64,000 nt of DNA from Gammaproteobacteria bacterium. GTDB lineage: Bacteria; Pseudomonadota; Gammaproteobacteria; CAJXQU01. The position numbers and the translations under genes are program-made. The notes under the pieces are model-generated. The model searched no databases, was not told where the DNA came from, and saw only the letters and a program-made list of their open reading frames with translations. Below, piece after piece: positions 1 through 10,208 of the stretch. The DNA lies in contig CBDEGZ010000003.1 of assembly GCA_965238175.1 (NCBI GenBank), forward strand, positions 384,001 to 448,000, written 5' to 3'. Each line of letters starts with the position of its first letter. Position 1 is the first letter of the stretch.

Positions 1-233
1 CCTTGTTCAATTTCTGATCGAATTCTCGCAAGCCCATCGATAATTGCTTTAGCTTCATTGTCACTAAGCACGCCAACCTTCGCCAGCATCGTCGCATGGG
101 CAATAGAGCCTTGGATATCGTAAGCATACATGCGCTGATCAAATTGTACAGACGCCGTAAATTCCTGCACAAATGCATCTGTCGGCTGATTGAAACGCCC
201 ACCCCAGAGCTCGTTAGTTGATGATTCCGTCAT
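1..233 (-). CDS. argH: Argininosuccinate lyase, 5' part (runs off window start)
   Basis: Manual translation from ATG at 233: [50 protein letters not shown]; LWGGRF N-terminus; divergent from algZ/algR as in many gammaproteobacteria. Confidence 0.93.
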   Translation of the reverse strand, partial: MTESSTNELWGGRFNQPTDAFVQEFTASVQFDQRMYAYDIQGSIAHATMLAKVGVLSDNEAKAIIDGLARIRSEIEQ

Positions 234-304
234 GATTTTCAGTTCTAAAATTCAGTATAAATTCAAGGTCTTTTCAGTTTAACTCATTCAGATCAAAAAT
301 TGGC

Positions 305-1432
305 ATGATTTATTCATGTTATCCATCCATGTATAAGGTACTAAAAAAACCTATCAGTAATGTGAATGATAAACGCCATTCGGTAGAAGATGATCTGTTT
401 CTTCCAGATTTTTGCAACATTCGTACCATCTTTGTTGTCGTGCTTATCGGCGAATTACTGGCTATTTTATTAACACTCGCCGGAAATAATAGTTTCTCCA
501 GTAGCCTTGCCTATCTTGGACTGATCTCTTTTTTCATCCTTTGGATTGGTTTAGCCAGCTGTGCAATTTTATGCACAACCAGACCGATGTTACGAAAACT
601 AACTCAGACTCAAGCGGGTTTAACGGCTTTTCTGACTATTTTGATCATTACCGCAATATTTTCATATTTAGCGCTAGTGCTTTTACAACAAAACATTGAA
701 TCCTCTTACTTTAATAAAGTAAGCCCTCTCCACTTTATAATCGGCAATCTAGCAATATCAAGCATGATCAGCGCTTTATTACTTCGCTATTTTTATGTGC
801 AATATCATTGGCAACGACAAATAAAATTTGAAGCTGAGGCAAGAATCCAGGCACTTCAATCACGAATTCGACCACACTTTCTTTTCAATAGTATGAATAT
901 TATTGCCAGTCTGACTCGTTCAAATCCTGTACTCGCGGAACAAACAGTTGAAGATCTCGCTGATCTTTTTCGTGCAAGTTTATCTGGCCCCCAAAATCAT
1001 ACGACCTGGAGAAAGGAATTAAAATTGTCGCGGCAATATTTACGTATTGAAGAGTTACGACTTGATGACCGTTTACAAATAGACTGGCAAGTTGATGCAT
1101 TACCTGAAGATGCGCTCTTACCCGCACTCACTTTACAACCTTTACTCGAAAATGCCATCTATCACGGCATCGAACCTTTACCCGATGGCGGAACTGTTTT
1201 GATCCAGGCAAATCGAGCAGGCGATCAGCTTTCTCTGTTGATCAAAAATCCCCTTAGCCTGAATAGCAATCAAAATAACCAAGAATCGGCAAAAAAGGGT
1301 AATCAAATCGCACAAGCAAATGTCCGTCAACGCCTGGAATTATTTTTTCAAAATAAAGGCACATTGAATACCAAAACCTTTGATGATCATTACATCGTGA
1401 CGTTGGCTTTTCCTTACCAGGTGAACATGTGA
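305..1432 (+). CDS. algZ: LytS-family membrane sensor histidine kinase (AlgZ/FimS-like); true start may be slightly downstream
   Basis: FLPDFC N-terminal motif, TM helices, LQSRIRPHFLFNSMN H-box, LQPLLENAIYHG; coupled to a LytTR regulator. Confidence 0.85.
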   Translation: MIYSCYPSMYKVLKKPISNVNDKRHSVEDDLFLPDFCNIRTIFVVVLIGELLAILLTLAGNNSFSSSLAYLGLISFFILWIGLASCAILCTTRPMLRKLTQTQAGLTAFLTILIITAIFSYLALVLLQQNIESSYFNKVSPLHFIIGNLAISSMISALLLRYFYVQYHWQRQIKFEAEARIQALQSRIRPHFLFNSMNIIASLTRSNPVLAEQTVEDLADLFRASLSGPQNHTTWRKELKLSRQYLRIEELRLDDRLQIDWQVDALPEDALLPALTLQPLLENAIYHGIEPLPDGGTVLIQANRAGDQLSLLIKNPLSLNSNQNNQESAKKGNQIAQANVRQRLELFFQNKGTLNTKTFDDHYIVTLAFPYQVNM

Positions 1433-2157
1433 CTGATCTAAAAACACTTATTGTTGATGACGAATCACTAGCACGTGATCGATTACGTTCACTGGTTGAA
1501 GAAATTGGTGGCGGTACAATCGTGGCTGAAGCTGGCAATGGACAACAAGCCATTGAAGCTATTCAAAAAGAATACCCAGATGTTGTATTAATGGACATCC
1601 GCATGCCCGGCATGGATGGTATCGAGGCGGCAAAACATATCTCAGACATGAAACACCCACCAGCAGTTATTTTTACAACAGCATACGGCGATTATGCATT
1701 AGATGCTTTTGATGCACACGCCATTGATTATTTATTAAAACCTATTCGCAAAGAACGACTCGAAGATGCACTGAAAAAAGCAAAAGTAATGACACAATCT
1801 ATTATTGAATCATTACAAGAAGATCTACCTGAAACGCGCACTCATATCAGTGTTTTTGTGCAAGGGAATATTCGTCTTATTCCTGTTACAAAAATTTTAT
1901 TTTTTAAAGCTGAACAAAAATATATTTCTGTTTTCACGAAAGATGGTGAAGTATTGATCGAAGAATCATTAAAATCTTTAGAAGTAGAATTTGAGGAAAT
2001 ATTTATCCGTATTCATCGAAATACTTTGGTGAAAAAATCTGCCATTATTGCTCTCGAAAAAACAGAGCAAGGTTTATTTGTTAAGTTATCTGATGTTGAA
2101 GAATCATTACCCATCAGTCGTCGCCTACAAAGTGCGATCAAAAAACTGTTATCGTGA
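1429..2157 (+). CDS. algR: LytTR response regulator (AlgR-like)
   Basis: IVDDE...DIRMPGMDG receiver domain, FIRIHRN and LPISRR LytTR motifs. Confidence 0.88.
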   Translation: MTDLKTLIVDDESLARDRLRSLVEEIGGGTIVAEAGNGQQAIEAIQKEYPDVVLMDIRMPGMDGIEAAKHISDMKHPPAVIFTTAYGDYALDAFDAHAIDYLLKPIRKERLEDALKKAKVMTQSIIESLQEDLPETRTHISVFVQGNIRLIPVTKILFFKAEQKYISVFTKDGEVLIEESLKSLEVEFEEIFIRIHRNTLVKKSAIIALEKTEQGLFVKLSDVEESLPISRRLQSAIKKLLS

Positions 2158-2925
2158 AGTCAATTTCTTATGATCAAAATTACCGTTCTTCAAAAAATAT
2201 AATGTTTGAAAAATCACCAGATCACTTTTCATTATAAATGTGTGACTATGCGGCACGACCATAAAATCTTTCATACCTTCTAATTTCGCTCTTTCAACAG
2301 AAACCTTACCATCATCTTCACCAGGAATGAGTTGTGAGAGAATTAAATTAATACTGCTATTCCCAGCAATAATGCCAAGTTCAAAATCAGCCGCGCCGAG
2401 TTTATTAGGAACACTTTCAATATCTGTCCCCAATTCATTTCCAGCAGGTCCATTAATAGCCTCGAAACCAGGTACGTTTGATAGTTTATCAACAACTTCC
2501 GAACCTTGATTTGGTGGCCCTAACATGACTACTCGCCCAAGGTTTTTAATTTCGTTTTCTTGAAGATAATTCCGAACTAATATTCCACCCATAGAATGGG
2601 TTACAAAATGAATTTTTTTGACTTTATCCGTAACACATTCTGTTAGCATTTTTGGTATTTCATTTTCTGATAGTTCTGAAATTGAGAACTTGGTGGAAGG
2701 GTAATCGTGATTAACGGTTCTATAATTTTCAGATATTAATTCATCTTCAACCTTACTCATTGAACTACTGGATCTCGCTAATCCATGCAGCAAAATCACA
2801 CATTCATTTGAATGATCAATTTCAGCCTGATTATTATCAAGATCATTAGCAATCACTATACGACCAAATAAGACTTGTAAAAATATTGTGAAAAAAATGC
2901 AGAGTGAAAATTTATTTTTGCTCAA
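2149..2925 (-). CDS. Secreted alpha/beta-hydrolase (lipase/esterase-like)
   Basis: Signal peptide, LLHGL oxyanion motif, THSMGG nucleophile elbow, DGKVSV and SHTF. Confidence 0.85.
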   Translation of the reverse strand: MSKNKFSLCIFFTIFLQVLFGRIVIANDLDNNQAEIDHSNECVILLHGLARSSSSMSKVEDELISENYRTVNHDYPSTKFSISELSENEIPKMLTECVTDKVKKIHFVTHSMGGILVRNYLQENEIKNLGRVVMLGPPNQGSEVVDKLSNVPGFEAINGPAGNELGTDIESVPNKLGAADFELGIIAGNSSINLILSQLIPGEDDGKVSVERAKLEGMKDFMVVPHSHTFIMKSDLVIFQTLYFLKNGNFDHKKLTSR

Positions 2926-3349
2926 GTTTGTAACCTAATGATTCCAGTTTTTTTGAAATTATTTCTGCTTTTTCCTTACTACCACCGACGATATCAGGCG
3001 CTTGATCATAAAAAGCCCTGAGATCAAGAAGTGCATCTATATCTTCTGGCTCAACTTCAACTGCCTTCTCAAAACTAACACGTGCTTTTTTTGCCCAGCC
3101 CATTTTACTATACCAAGGTGCTTGCTCAGCTTGTAAACTGTAGGTGCGAGCTAACCAACGATGATAATCCGCTTTTGTTGGATCCGTTTTTACGGCCTTT
3201 TCCAATATTGAAATCGCAGTCACATAATCATCACGTTCAATGGCTTGCAAGCCAGATTTATATAACTGTTCAGCTTCAACCGCATAAGTTTGAAGTGATG
3301 GAGACAGAAACAAGAATAAAATAGCAAAAATTTGAATACTTTTTTTCAT
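2912..3349 (-). CDS. Secreted TPR-repeat protein
   Basis: Signal peptide; TPR-like helical repeats (A..LEKAV..DP, FEKAVEVEP). Confidence 0.75.
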   Translation of the reverse strand: MKKSIQIFAILFLFLSPSLQTYAVEAEQLYKSGLQAIERDDYVTAISILEKAVKTDPTKADYHRWLARTYSLQAEQAPWYSKMGWAKKARVSFEKAVEVEPEDIDALLDLRAFYDQAPDIVGGSKEKAEIISKKLESLGYKLEQK

Positions 3350-3364
3350 AATATAAAAAATCGG

Positions 3365-4123
3365 TTATGTCAGATGTCGTCCACCATCAACTTGAATAAT
3401 CTGCCCCGTACAATAGTGTGCCTCTGCAACCAAAAATTTTACTGCTGCTGCGGCATCTTCTTCCGTGCCCGCTCGTGCTAAGGGCACTCTTTTTAAATAT
3501 TCTTTTTTTGTTTCTTCTGTATAAAAATTGGCCCAAGCTACAACACCTGGTGCAATAGCATTAACCGTTATTTTTGGTGCAAGCTCCAAAGCACAGCTAT
3601 TAGTGATCTCCAGTAAGGCCGCCTTAGAAGCATTGTAGCTAGTATGTTCCCGAAGTGTTTCGCCAAGAATATGAGTGTCGATAAAGTTAACAACCCTGCC
3701 GGTGCTAGAAGGATCATTCTTTGTGTAATGTGCAACCAGCATAGTTGAAAATTTTTGCGTAAGTAATAGAGGAACCTGCGCATTGATTGTCATATCGTGA
3801 TTAAATTTTTCTTTGCTTATTTCTCCAAAAACAGAAGGTTCAAAACAGCTCGCATTATTGATCAATGCATCTAGCCGATTAAAATTTTTATTAAACTGAT
3901 CAAAAACAATTTCCACAGCCTTAGGATCATTTTTATCCACTTGAATTGATTCGGATTTTCGCCCAATCAAACTAATTTCTTTTTCCAGTTCTTGCGCTTC
4001 TTGTTTGCTTTTATTCCAGGTATAAGCAATATCGTATCCTGCTTCGGCAAGTGTTAAAGCAATCGCGCGACCTACCCGTTTTGCACCACCCGTTACGAGC
4101 GCGACTTTATTCATTGACGGCAT
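3365..4123 (-). CDS. Short-chain dehydrogenase, pteridine reductase (PTR1/FolM-like)
   Basis: TGGAKRVG, NNAS, YNASK catalytic motif, VNAIAPG, TGQIIQVDGG. Confidence 0.8.
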   Translation of the reverse strand: MPSMNKVALVTGGAKRVGRAIALTLAEAGYDIAYTWNKSKQEAQELEKEISLIGRKSESIQVDKNDPKAVEIVFDQFNKNFNRLDALINNASCFEPSVFGEISKEKFNHDMTINAQVPLLLTQKFSTMLVAHYTKNDPSSTGRVVNFIDTHILGETLREHTSYNASKAALLEITNSCALELAPKITVNAIAPGVVAWANFYTEETKKEYLKRVPLARAGTEEDAAAAVKFLVAEAHYCTGQIIQVDGGRHLT

Positions 4124-6122
4124 TCCCGCCGAGTAAATCTTTCAACCCGGCAATTGTTGCGCGACCTTCTTTTTTATCCGTCGGATCAAATTTATCTTCT
4201 CCAACAAAGTGTAAATCGTCACGAGGAAGTTCTTCCAGAAAACGGCTAGGTTCACAATCCACTTTTTCACCATAACGTTGCCGTTTTGTCGCTAACGAAA
4301 ACGTCATTGTTTTTTGTGCGCGTGTAATACCAACATAAGCGAGACGACGCTCTTCCTCAATGGTTTCCATTACAATACTATTTCGATGTGGCAATAAGCC
4401 CTCTTCCATTCCTACCAGATAAACATGAGGAAACTCTAAGCCTTTTGCGGCATGCAATGTCATCAAAGAAATTTGATCTTTATTTTCGTCATCTTCTTGT
4501 GAATTTATAACATCTAATAAGGTTAAATTTCTAACGATTTCTTCAAGCTTGGCATCTTTATCTTTGTTATGTAGACGTGTTATCCATTCGACTAAGTCCA
4601 TCACATTTGCACGACGTCGATCTGCGGCTACCGGATCTTTACTTGTTTGATCTAGCCAGTCATCGTAGGAAATATCGACGAGCAATTGCTTCAAAATTTC
4701 ATTCGGTTTCTCGCTTTCTGCTCGTTCAGCCATGCGGCTTAGCCAATTACTGAAAGTACTGAATTTTGAACTTGCTCGATTACTTAGCTCACTTGCATGC
4801 TCGGTTTCAAACATAGCAGAAAACAAACTTATGTTTTTTTCATTAGCAAAATTCGCCAACTTTTCCACCGAGCTTGGTCCCAACCCACGCCTCGGTGCGT
4901 TGATGATCCGTAACAGCGCATTGGTATCTTCCAGATTAACCAATACTTTAAGATAAGCCATAATGTCTTTGATCTCAGAATAATCAAAAAACGACATGCC
5001 TCCACTTAAGTAATAGGCGATATTTCGTTCTCTTAAAACACGTTCAAAAATGCGCGACTGATGATTACCACGATATAGGATTGCATAATCATGTAGTCGT
5101 GTTCGATGGGTAAATTTATGGTGTGCCAGATCGGTTATGACTTTATCTGCTTCGTCTTCTTCGTTCTTGGCTCGCATAACTCGTAGTCGATCACCATTAC
5201 CCAAATCACTCCATAATTTTTTTTCAAAAACATGCGGGTTACCCGCGATCAATTGATTTGCTGCACCCAAAATCCGACGCGTGGATCGATAATTTTGTTC
5301 GAGCTTGATGACTTTTAGATCAAGAAAATCACCTTGTAAGAGTTTAAGGTTCTCAGGCTGCGCACCACGCCAGGCATAGATCGATTGATCATCATCACCA
5401 ACCACAGTTAATTTTCCTTTGTCACCCGCGATCAACTTCACCAACTCATATTGCGATCCATTGGTGTCTTGATATTCATCAATCAGCAAGTATCTGATCC
5501 GTTCTTGCCAGCCAGCAAGGCATTCTGGATATTGTCGAAAAACCTGCACCGGCAATATGATCAAATCATCAAAATCAACTGCGTTGTAGGTATGTAAGTG
5601 ACGGTTGTACTGTTTGTAGAGTTCTGAAGCCAGGACTGTTTCCGCATCGAATGCTTGTGAAATGGCCTGCTCAGGTGATGTGCAGGCATTTTTCCATGCA
5701 GATATTTTTGACAATATTGGAGCAGCAAAATCTTTGAATTCGCCGTGCGATTTTCGAGTTAATTCGATGATCAAATTCAAACTATCTTGATAGTCAAAAA
5801 TCGAAAACCCTTTTCGGTAACCCAATCGTTCATATTCTTGCTGGGTGATCTGTAAGCCTAATGTATGAAATGTGGAGATCCGCAAACCTTTGATATTAGT
5901 GTCACCCGACATTTTTTTTACTCGTGTTTTCATCTCACGAGCCGCTTTATTAGTAAACGTAACGGCGGCAATTTTACGTGGTTCTAATGCACAATTTTCG
6001 ATCAAATGCAGGATCTTTGTGGTGATAACGCGAGTTTTGCCGCTACCAGCACCAGCCAAGACTAATAGAGGTGTATCAATATGCTTTACAGCTTCACGCT
6101 GCTGAGGATTAAGTCCTGACAA
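4107..6122 (-). CDS. rep: ATP-dependent DNA helicase Rep
   Basis: LNPQQ, AGAGSGKT, DEYQD, LEQNYRS, TLHAAKGLEF, EERRLAYVGITRA; 671 aa. Confidence 0.93.
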   Translation of the reverse strand: MSGLNPQQREAVKHIDTPLLVLAGAGSGKTRVITTKILHLIENCALEPRKIAAVTFTNKAAREMKTRVKKMSGDTNIKGLRISTFHTLGLQITQQEYERLGYRKGFSIFDYQDSLNLIIELTRKSHGEFKDFAAPILSKISAWKNACTSPEQAISQAFDAETVLASELYKQYNRHLHTYNAVDFDDLIILPVQVFRQYPECLAGWQERIRYLLIDEYQDTNGSQYELVKLIAGDKGKLTVVGDDDQSIYAWRGAQPENLKLLQGDFLDLKVIKLEQNYRSTRRILGAANQLIAGNPHVFEKKLWSDLGNGDRLRVMRAKNEEDEADKVITDLAHHKFTHRTRLHDYAILYRGNHQSRIFERVLRERNIAYYLSGGMSFFDYSEIKDIMAYLKVLVNLEDTNALLRIINAPRRGLGPSSVEKLANFANEKNISLFSAMFETEHASELSNRASSKFSTFSNWLSRMAERAESEKPNEILKQLLVDISYDDWLDQTSKDPVAADRRRANVMDLVEWITRLHNKDKDAKLEEIVRNLTLLDVINSQEDDENKDQISLMTLHAAKGLEFPHVYLVGMEEGLLPHRNSIVMETIEEERRLAYVGITRAQKTMTFSLATKRQRYGEKVDCEPSRFLEELPRDDLHFVGEDKFDPTDKKEGRATIAGLKDLLGGNAVNE

Positions 6123-6139
6123 GTATTTTGTTTCCCGCT

Positions 6140-6179
6140 AAAAAAGCCGGAGTATCAGGGTGATAATCCGGCTTTTTTT
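6140..6179. terminator. Bidirectional intrinsic terminator-like hairpin
   Basis: AAAAAAGCCGGA...TCCGGCTTTTTTT, stem flanked by A/T tracts, downstream of the 6256-6720 gene. Confidence 0.75.
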
Positions 6180-6255
6180 CTGAAGTTAATAGAACCCGCT
6201 ACAGCTTATATTTCGTGAGGCATATTGTTCCGTTTGTACTTGCTTTTAGCAAGAC

Positions 6256-6720
6256 TTAATTAATGTTGATGTGAACTCGATTACCGTCACGTGACTTATG
6301 ATTATCTGCGTATCCACTATGTCGCTTTCTATCTTGGCGATAATGCTTGTCATGTCGATCACGCTGTCCGTAATAGTATTGATTACGATAGCGCTTAGGC
6401 TCGGAATAATATCGGTTATCACCACCGCAGCGATTTCTGGAATATCGATCATTATAACGTCGATCACTTTTGTATCGATTCCGATAATAACGATCATTAT
6501 TCGAGTATTTACGGTTATTGTAATAGGAATTATTACGGTATGAATTATTACTATATGAACGATTGTTCGAGTAATAACGCGAGTTGTTGCCATGATGATT
6601 ACCGTAGTAATGTCCACCATGCGAACCAAATTTCACAATGACATCTGCATTCGCAGCGGGTACTACAGCAAAACTTAACAACAAAGTGCAAAGTGTAATG
6701 CTTAATTTTTTTATATTCAT
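6256..6720 (-). CDS. Secreted low-complexity Y/N/R/D/H-rich protein
   Basis: RBS (GAGGAG), signal peptide ending ANA, repetitive YxNNRxY body. Confidence 0.75.
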   Translation of the reverse strand: MNIKKLSITLCTLLLSFAVVPAANADVIVKFGSHGGHYYGNHHGNNSRYYSNNRSYSNNSYRNNSYYNNRKYSNNDRYYRNRYKSDRRYNDRYSRNRCGGDNRYYSEPKRYRNQYYYGQRDRHDKHYRQDRKRHSGYADNHKSRDGNRVHININ

Positions 6721-6840
6721 TATATGCTCCTCACCTTACGGCTTGATTAGCCTTAGGTTGAATAAACCCTAACATAAACAATCTGAATTCTTCCTGAATC
6801 GGGTATAATCACGTCCACCTAAAAAAGACGGACTACTTTA

Positions 6841-7386
6841 ATGGACAAGTATTACAAAGAAATTATCCAGAAAATTGGTGAAGATCCTGAGCGGGAAGGT
6901 TTACTAAAAACACCTGAACGAGCGGCAAAGGCCATGAGCTTTCTAACTCAAGGCTATGGCCAAACACTTGAAGAGGTCGTGAATAATGCTGTGTTCAACG
7001 TAGAATCACGCGACTTGATCATCGTTAAAGATATTGAGATTTACAGTCTTTGTGAGCACCACATGCTACCTTTCTACGGAAAATGCCATATTGGATACAT
7101 TCCTAATAATCGTGTTCTAGGTGTCAGTAAATTAGCGCGAATTGCAGATATGTTTGCCCGACGTTTACAAGTACAAGAACGATTGACCAGTCAAATTGCG
7201 CAAGCGATTATGGAAGTACTTCAACCTGACGGCGTTGGTGTTGTTGTCGAAGCAAAACATTTCTGCATGATGATGCGCGGAGTCGAAAAACAAAATTCCT
7301 CAATGGTGACTTCAGCAATGAATGGTACCTTCCGACATTATGAAAGCACGCGTGCGGAATTCCTGAATTTGATCCGTAAGAATTAA
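6841..7386 (+). CDS. folE: GTP cyclohydrolase I
   Basis: [39 protein letters not shown]. Confidence 0.97.
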   Translation: MDKYYKEIIQKIGEDPEREGLLKTPERAAKAMSFLTQGYGQTLEEVVNNAVFNVESRDLIIVKDIEIYSLCEHHMLPFYGKCHIGYIPNNRVLGVSKLARIADMFARRLQVQERLTSQIAQAIMEVLQPDGVGVVVEAKHFCMMMRGVEKQNSSMVTSAMNGTFRHYESTRAEFLNLIRKN

Positions 7387-7745
7387 TACCGCTTCAAAAC
7401 TGATTTAGAGTACGTTTTTGTTGTCGCAAGAACGGAGCATTTATGATCCTTAATAAAATATCAGCCTTCAGCCTATGCACATGAATCGACTCCATAAAGG
7501 ACATCACCGGATATGTCATGTTTTTTCCTAACATCCGTAACTAAATGTGACCTGTTGCTCAGCAGCTCATCGGCCGATGTCTTCGTCAGATATTTAAAGA
7601 CATATGCTCTTACCGGGGGCAATACTGTTATTGGCATTGACTAGTATTTGGGTGTACAGTTGTGCACGGATTGATGGTCAGCAGCAGTAAAAATCAGGAT
7701 TGATCTAAACAATTCTTCAAACTAATTGATCTAGAGGGGGAGATT

Positions 7746-9872
7746 ATGTCAGTACAAATGAAAACAACAGCTCATGGTGGCTGCCCGCACGATTGCCCTG
7801 ATACTTGTTCCATGGTTTTTGAGGTTGAAGATGGGAAACTTACCGGCGTAAAAGGCAACCCCGAACACCCAATGACCCGAGGTGGTCTTTGCGTCAAACT
7901 AAAAGATTACGAGAAACGGCACTACCATCCAGATCGTCTTTTGTGCCCGATGCGTAGAACGGGTCCAAAAGGTAGCAAGCAATTTGAAAGAATTAGCTGG
8001 GATGAAGCGTTAGATACGATCACAGATAAATGGAAAGCAATTATCGAAGAAGATGGTCCGCAAGCAATCATGCCTAATAGCTATCTTGGGCATCAGGGGT
8101 TGGTTCATGGTTTAAACGGTGGTGATGCATTCTTTAACAGGATGGGTGCTACCGTTACTGAACGAACATTTTGTGGCGAAGGATCATGCACAGCCTGGCT
8201 ATCCACAGTGGGGCCAACTGCAGGTGTCGATCCAGAAAGTTTTATTCACTCAAAATATATAATAATTTGGGCGTGTAACTCTGTAAGTACAAACCTACAT
8301 CATTGGCATATTGTCAACCAAGCTCAAAAGAAAGGTGCAAAAGTTGTTGTGATTGATTCTTTTGCATCAAGAACCGCGAAAGAGGCTGATTGGCATATCG
8401 CACCAAAACCTGGGACCGATGGCGCTCTGGCAATGGCGATGATGCAGGTGATAATCGAAGAAGGATTAGTCGATCAAGATTATGTTGATAACTATACCGT
8501 AGGTTATGCAGAGCTTGCCGAACGAGCTAAAGATAAAACCCCAGAATGGGCCGCTGAGATCACTGGTATTTCCGCAGATGATATCCGTACATTTGCCCGT
8601 GAGTATGCAACTACGCAACCTTCGGCCATTCGTATCGGTGTTGCATTAGAGAGAAGCTTTGGTGGTGGCCAGACAATTCGAGCTGTTACCTGCCTTCCTG
8701 CATTAACAGGTGCCTGGCGACATGTTGGCGGTGGTATTTTGCAATTTCCTGTTTGGGAACATCCTTACAAATTTGATGTGATTTGTCGCCCTGATTTGAT
8801 CCCTGAAGGGACTCAAGTAGTTAATAATTTACAAGCTGGTAGAGTCCTTACTGGTGAAACAAAGCTTGAAACACCTATCAAATCGATGATGGTCTGGAAT
8901 ACAAACCCAGTAACACAAGCACCTGAGACAGACAAAATTGTTGAAGGTCTGAAAAGAGAAGACTTATTTACAGTCGTGGCAGATCATTTTATCTCTGATA
9001 CAGCCGCTTATGCAGACATTGTATTGCCAGCATCGATGGGTGCTGAGATGGAAGATATGATCTTGTCATGGGGACATCTTTACCTGACTTATAATGCTAA
9101 ATGTATTGAGTCTCCTGGAGAAGCGATCCCGAATAATGAGATCTTCCGACGTCTGGCTGTACGTATGGGTTTCGAGGAAGAGAACTTCAAGTGGTCAGAT
9201 TCGGAATGTCTTGAAAACTATGTGGATTGGGATTCACCAGCCTGCGAAGGAATTGATCTGAATTACTTAAAAGAACATGGTTATGCTCGATTAACAGTTG
9301 GAACTAAAGATGATCGTGCACCACATAAAGAAGGCAATTTTCCAACGCCATCTGGTAAGTGCGAATTCAAACTCGCTGATGGTGCGACTAACTTTGTTGC
9401 AGGTCCATTTCGTCAGATGTATGAGGGTTTTCAACCTGGTGAATTACTTGATACATTGCCGGATTATGTACCATCAAGAGAGACACCTGAAACAAACCCT
9501 GAGCTTGCCAAGAAATATCCTCTTAACATTATATCTCCAAAGAGTCATGGTTTTTTGAATTCGTGTTATGCGAATATAGAGAATAAGATAAAAGGACAAG
9601 GAGAACAGTTTGTCATGATTAATGCGATTGATGCAGCGCAGCGCGGTATTAAAGAAGGCGATACCGTACAAGTGTTTAATGATCGTGGTGCTTTTGAAGG
9701 TGATGCTAAAATCACAGATGATGTGAACGCCGGTCTTATCGTTGCTACGCTTGGTTATTGGCGCCAGCTAAATACTGGGACAGTTAACAGTATTAGTTCA
9801 GCTGAGTTTGTTGATATGGGTCATGCACCGACATTTTCAGATAACTTGGTTGAAGTGAAACTTGCCGGATAA
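7746..9872 (+). CDS. Molybdopterin (bis-MGD) oxidoreductase, cytoplasmic, substrate unknown
   Basis: CPHDCPDTC...C 4Fe-4S motif, FERISWDEALD, PGTDGALA, SDTAAYADIVLPA, C-terminal MGD-binding domain; no Tat signal. Confidence 0.88.
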   Translation: MSVQMKTTAHGGCPHDCPDTCSMVFEVEDGKLTGVKGNPEHPMTRGGLCVKLKDYEKRHYHPDRLLCPMRRTGPKGSKQFERISWDEALDTITDKWKAIIEEDGPQAIMPNSYLGHQGLVHGLNGGDAFFNRMGATVTERTFCGEGSCTAWLSTVGPTAGVDPESFIHSKYIIIWACNSVSTNLHHWHIVNQAQKKGAKVVVIDSFASRTAKEADWHIAPKPGTDGALAMAMMQVIIEEGLVDQDYVDNYTVGYAELAERAKDKTPEWAAEITGISADDIRTFAREYATTQPSAIRIGVALERSFGGGQTIRAVTCLPALTGAWRHVGGGILQFPVWEHPYKFDVICRPDLIPEGTQVVNNLQAGRVLTGETKLETPIKSMMVWNTNPVTQAPETDKIVEGLKREDLFTVVADHFISDTAAYADIVLPASMGAEMEDMILSWGHLYLTYNAKCIESPGEAIPNNEIFRRLAVRMGFEEENFKWSDSECLENYVDWDSPACEGIDLNYLKEHGYARLTVGTKDDRAPHKEGNFPTPSGKCEFKLADGATNFVAGPFRQMYEGFQPGELLDTLPDYVPSRETPETNPELAKKYPLNIISPKSHGFLNSCYANIENKIKGQGEQFVMINAIDAAQRGIKEGDTVQVFNDRGAFEGDAKITDDVNAGLIVATLGYWRQLNTGTVNSISSAEFVDMGHAPTFSDNLVEVKLAG

Positions 9873-9978
9873 GCGAGAACGATAATAGAGTTTTTGATCC
9901 ATCGTCTTGTTGCGAAATAAGTCGATGGATCTTACTTAACCTGAGCTCGGGGTAAGAATTCATATATGGTCTCCTCCC

Positions 9979-10208
9979 GTATTGCAAGATAAAACATTCA
10001 GATAACAGGGACAGGATTGCTGTCATATATACGGCCTTCAATGAAGTTTTCAACTTCTGACCTGGATGTATTACGCGCCTATTTTCCTTATCAGGTTATC
10101 GGTATTAGTTACCCCTGAGCTCGACAGGTTTTCAATAGGCTGGTTTGACCTGTTATGCCATCTTTAGTTTTACCTTCGCAATTCGTTGAAATGATTTGTT
10201 CTCTCTAT
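9979..10208 (-). ncRNA. Putative bridge/seek RNA of the IS1111-group element
   Basis: Target-matching segments (10114-10123, 10091-10098) and circle-junction-matching segments (10065-10070, 10023-10030); each pair is separated by a hairpin; exact RNA ends unknown. Confidence 0.72.

Noticed and set aside
6246-6629. Overlapping I/T/V-rich ORFs (6246-6629 minus, 6298-6543 plus)
   Set aside because: Shadow frames of the repetitive 6256-6720 gene, which has the RBS and signal peptide.
7387-7745. Moco riboswitch or FNR box upstream of the molybdoenzyme
   Set aside because: No recognisable Moco-motif core; TTGAT half-sites lack a properly spaced ATCAA.
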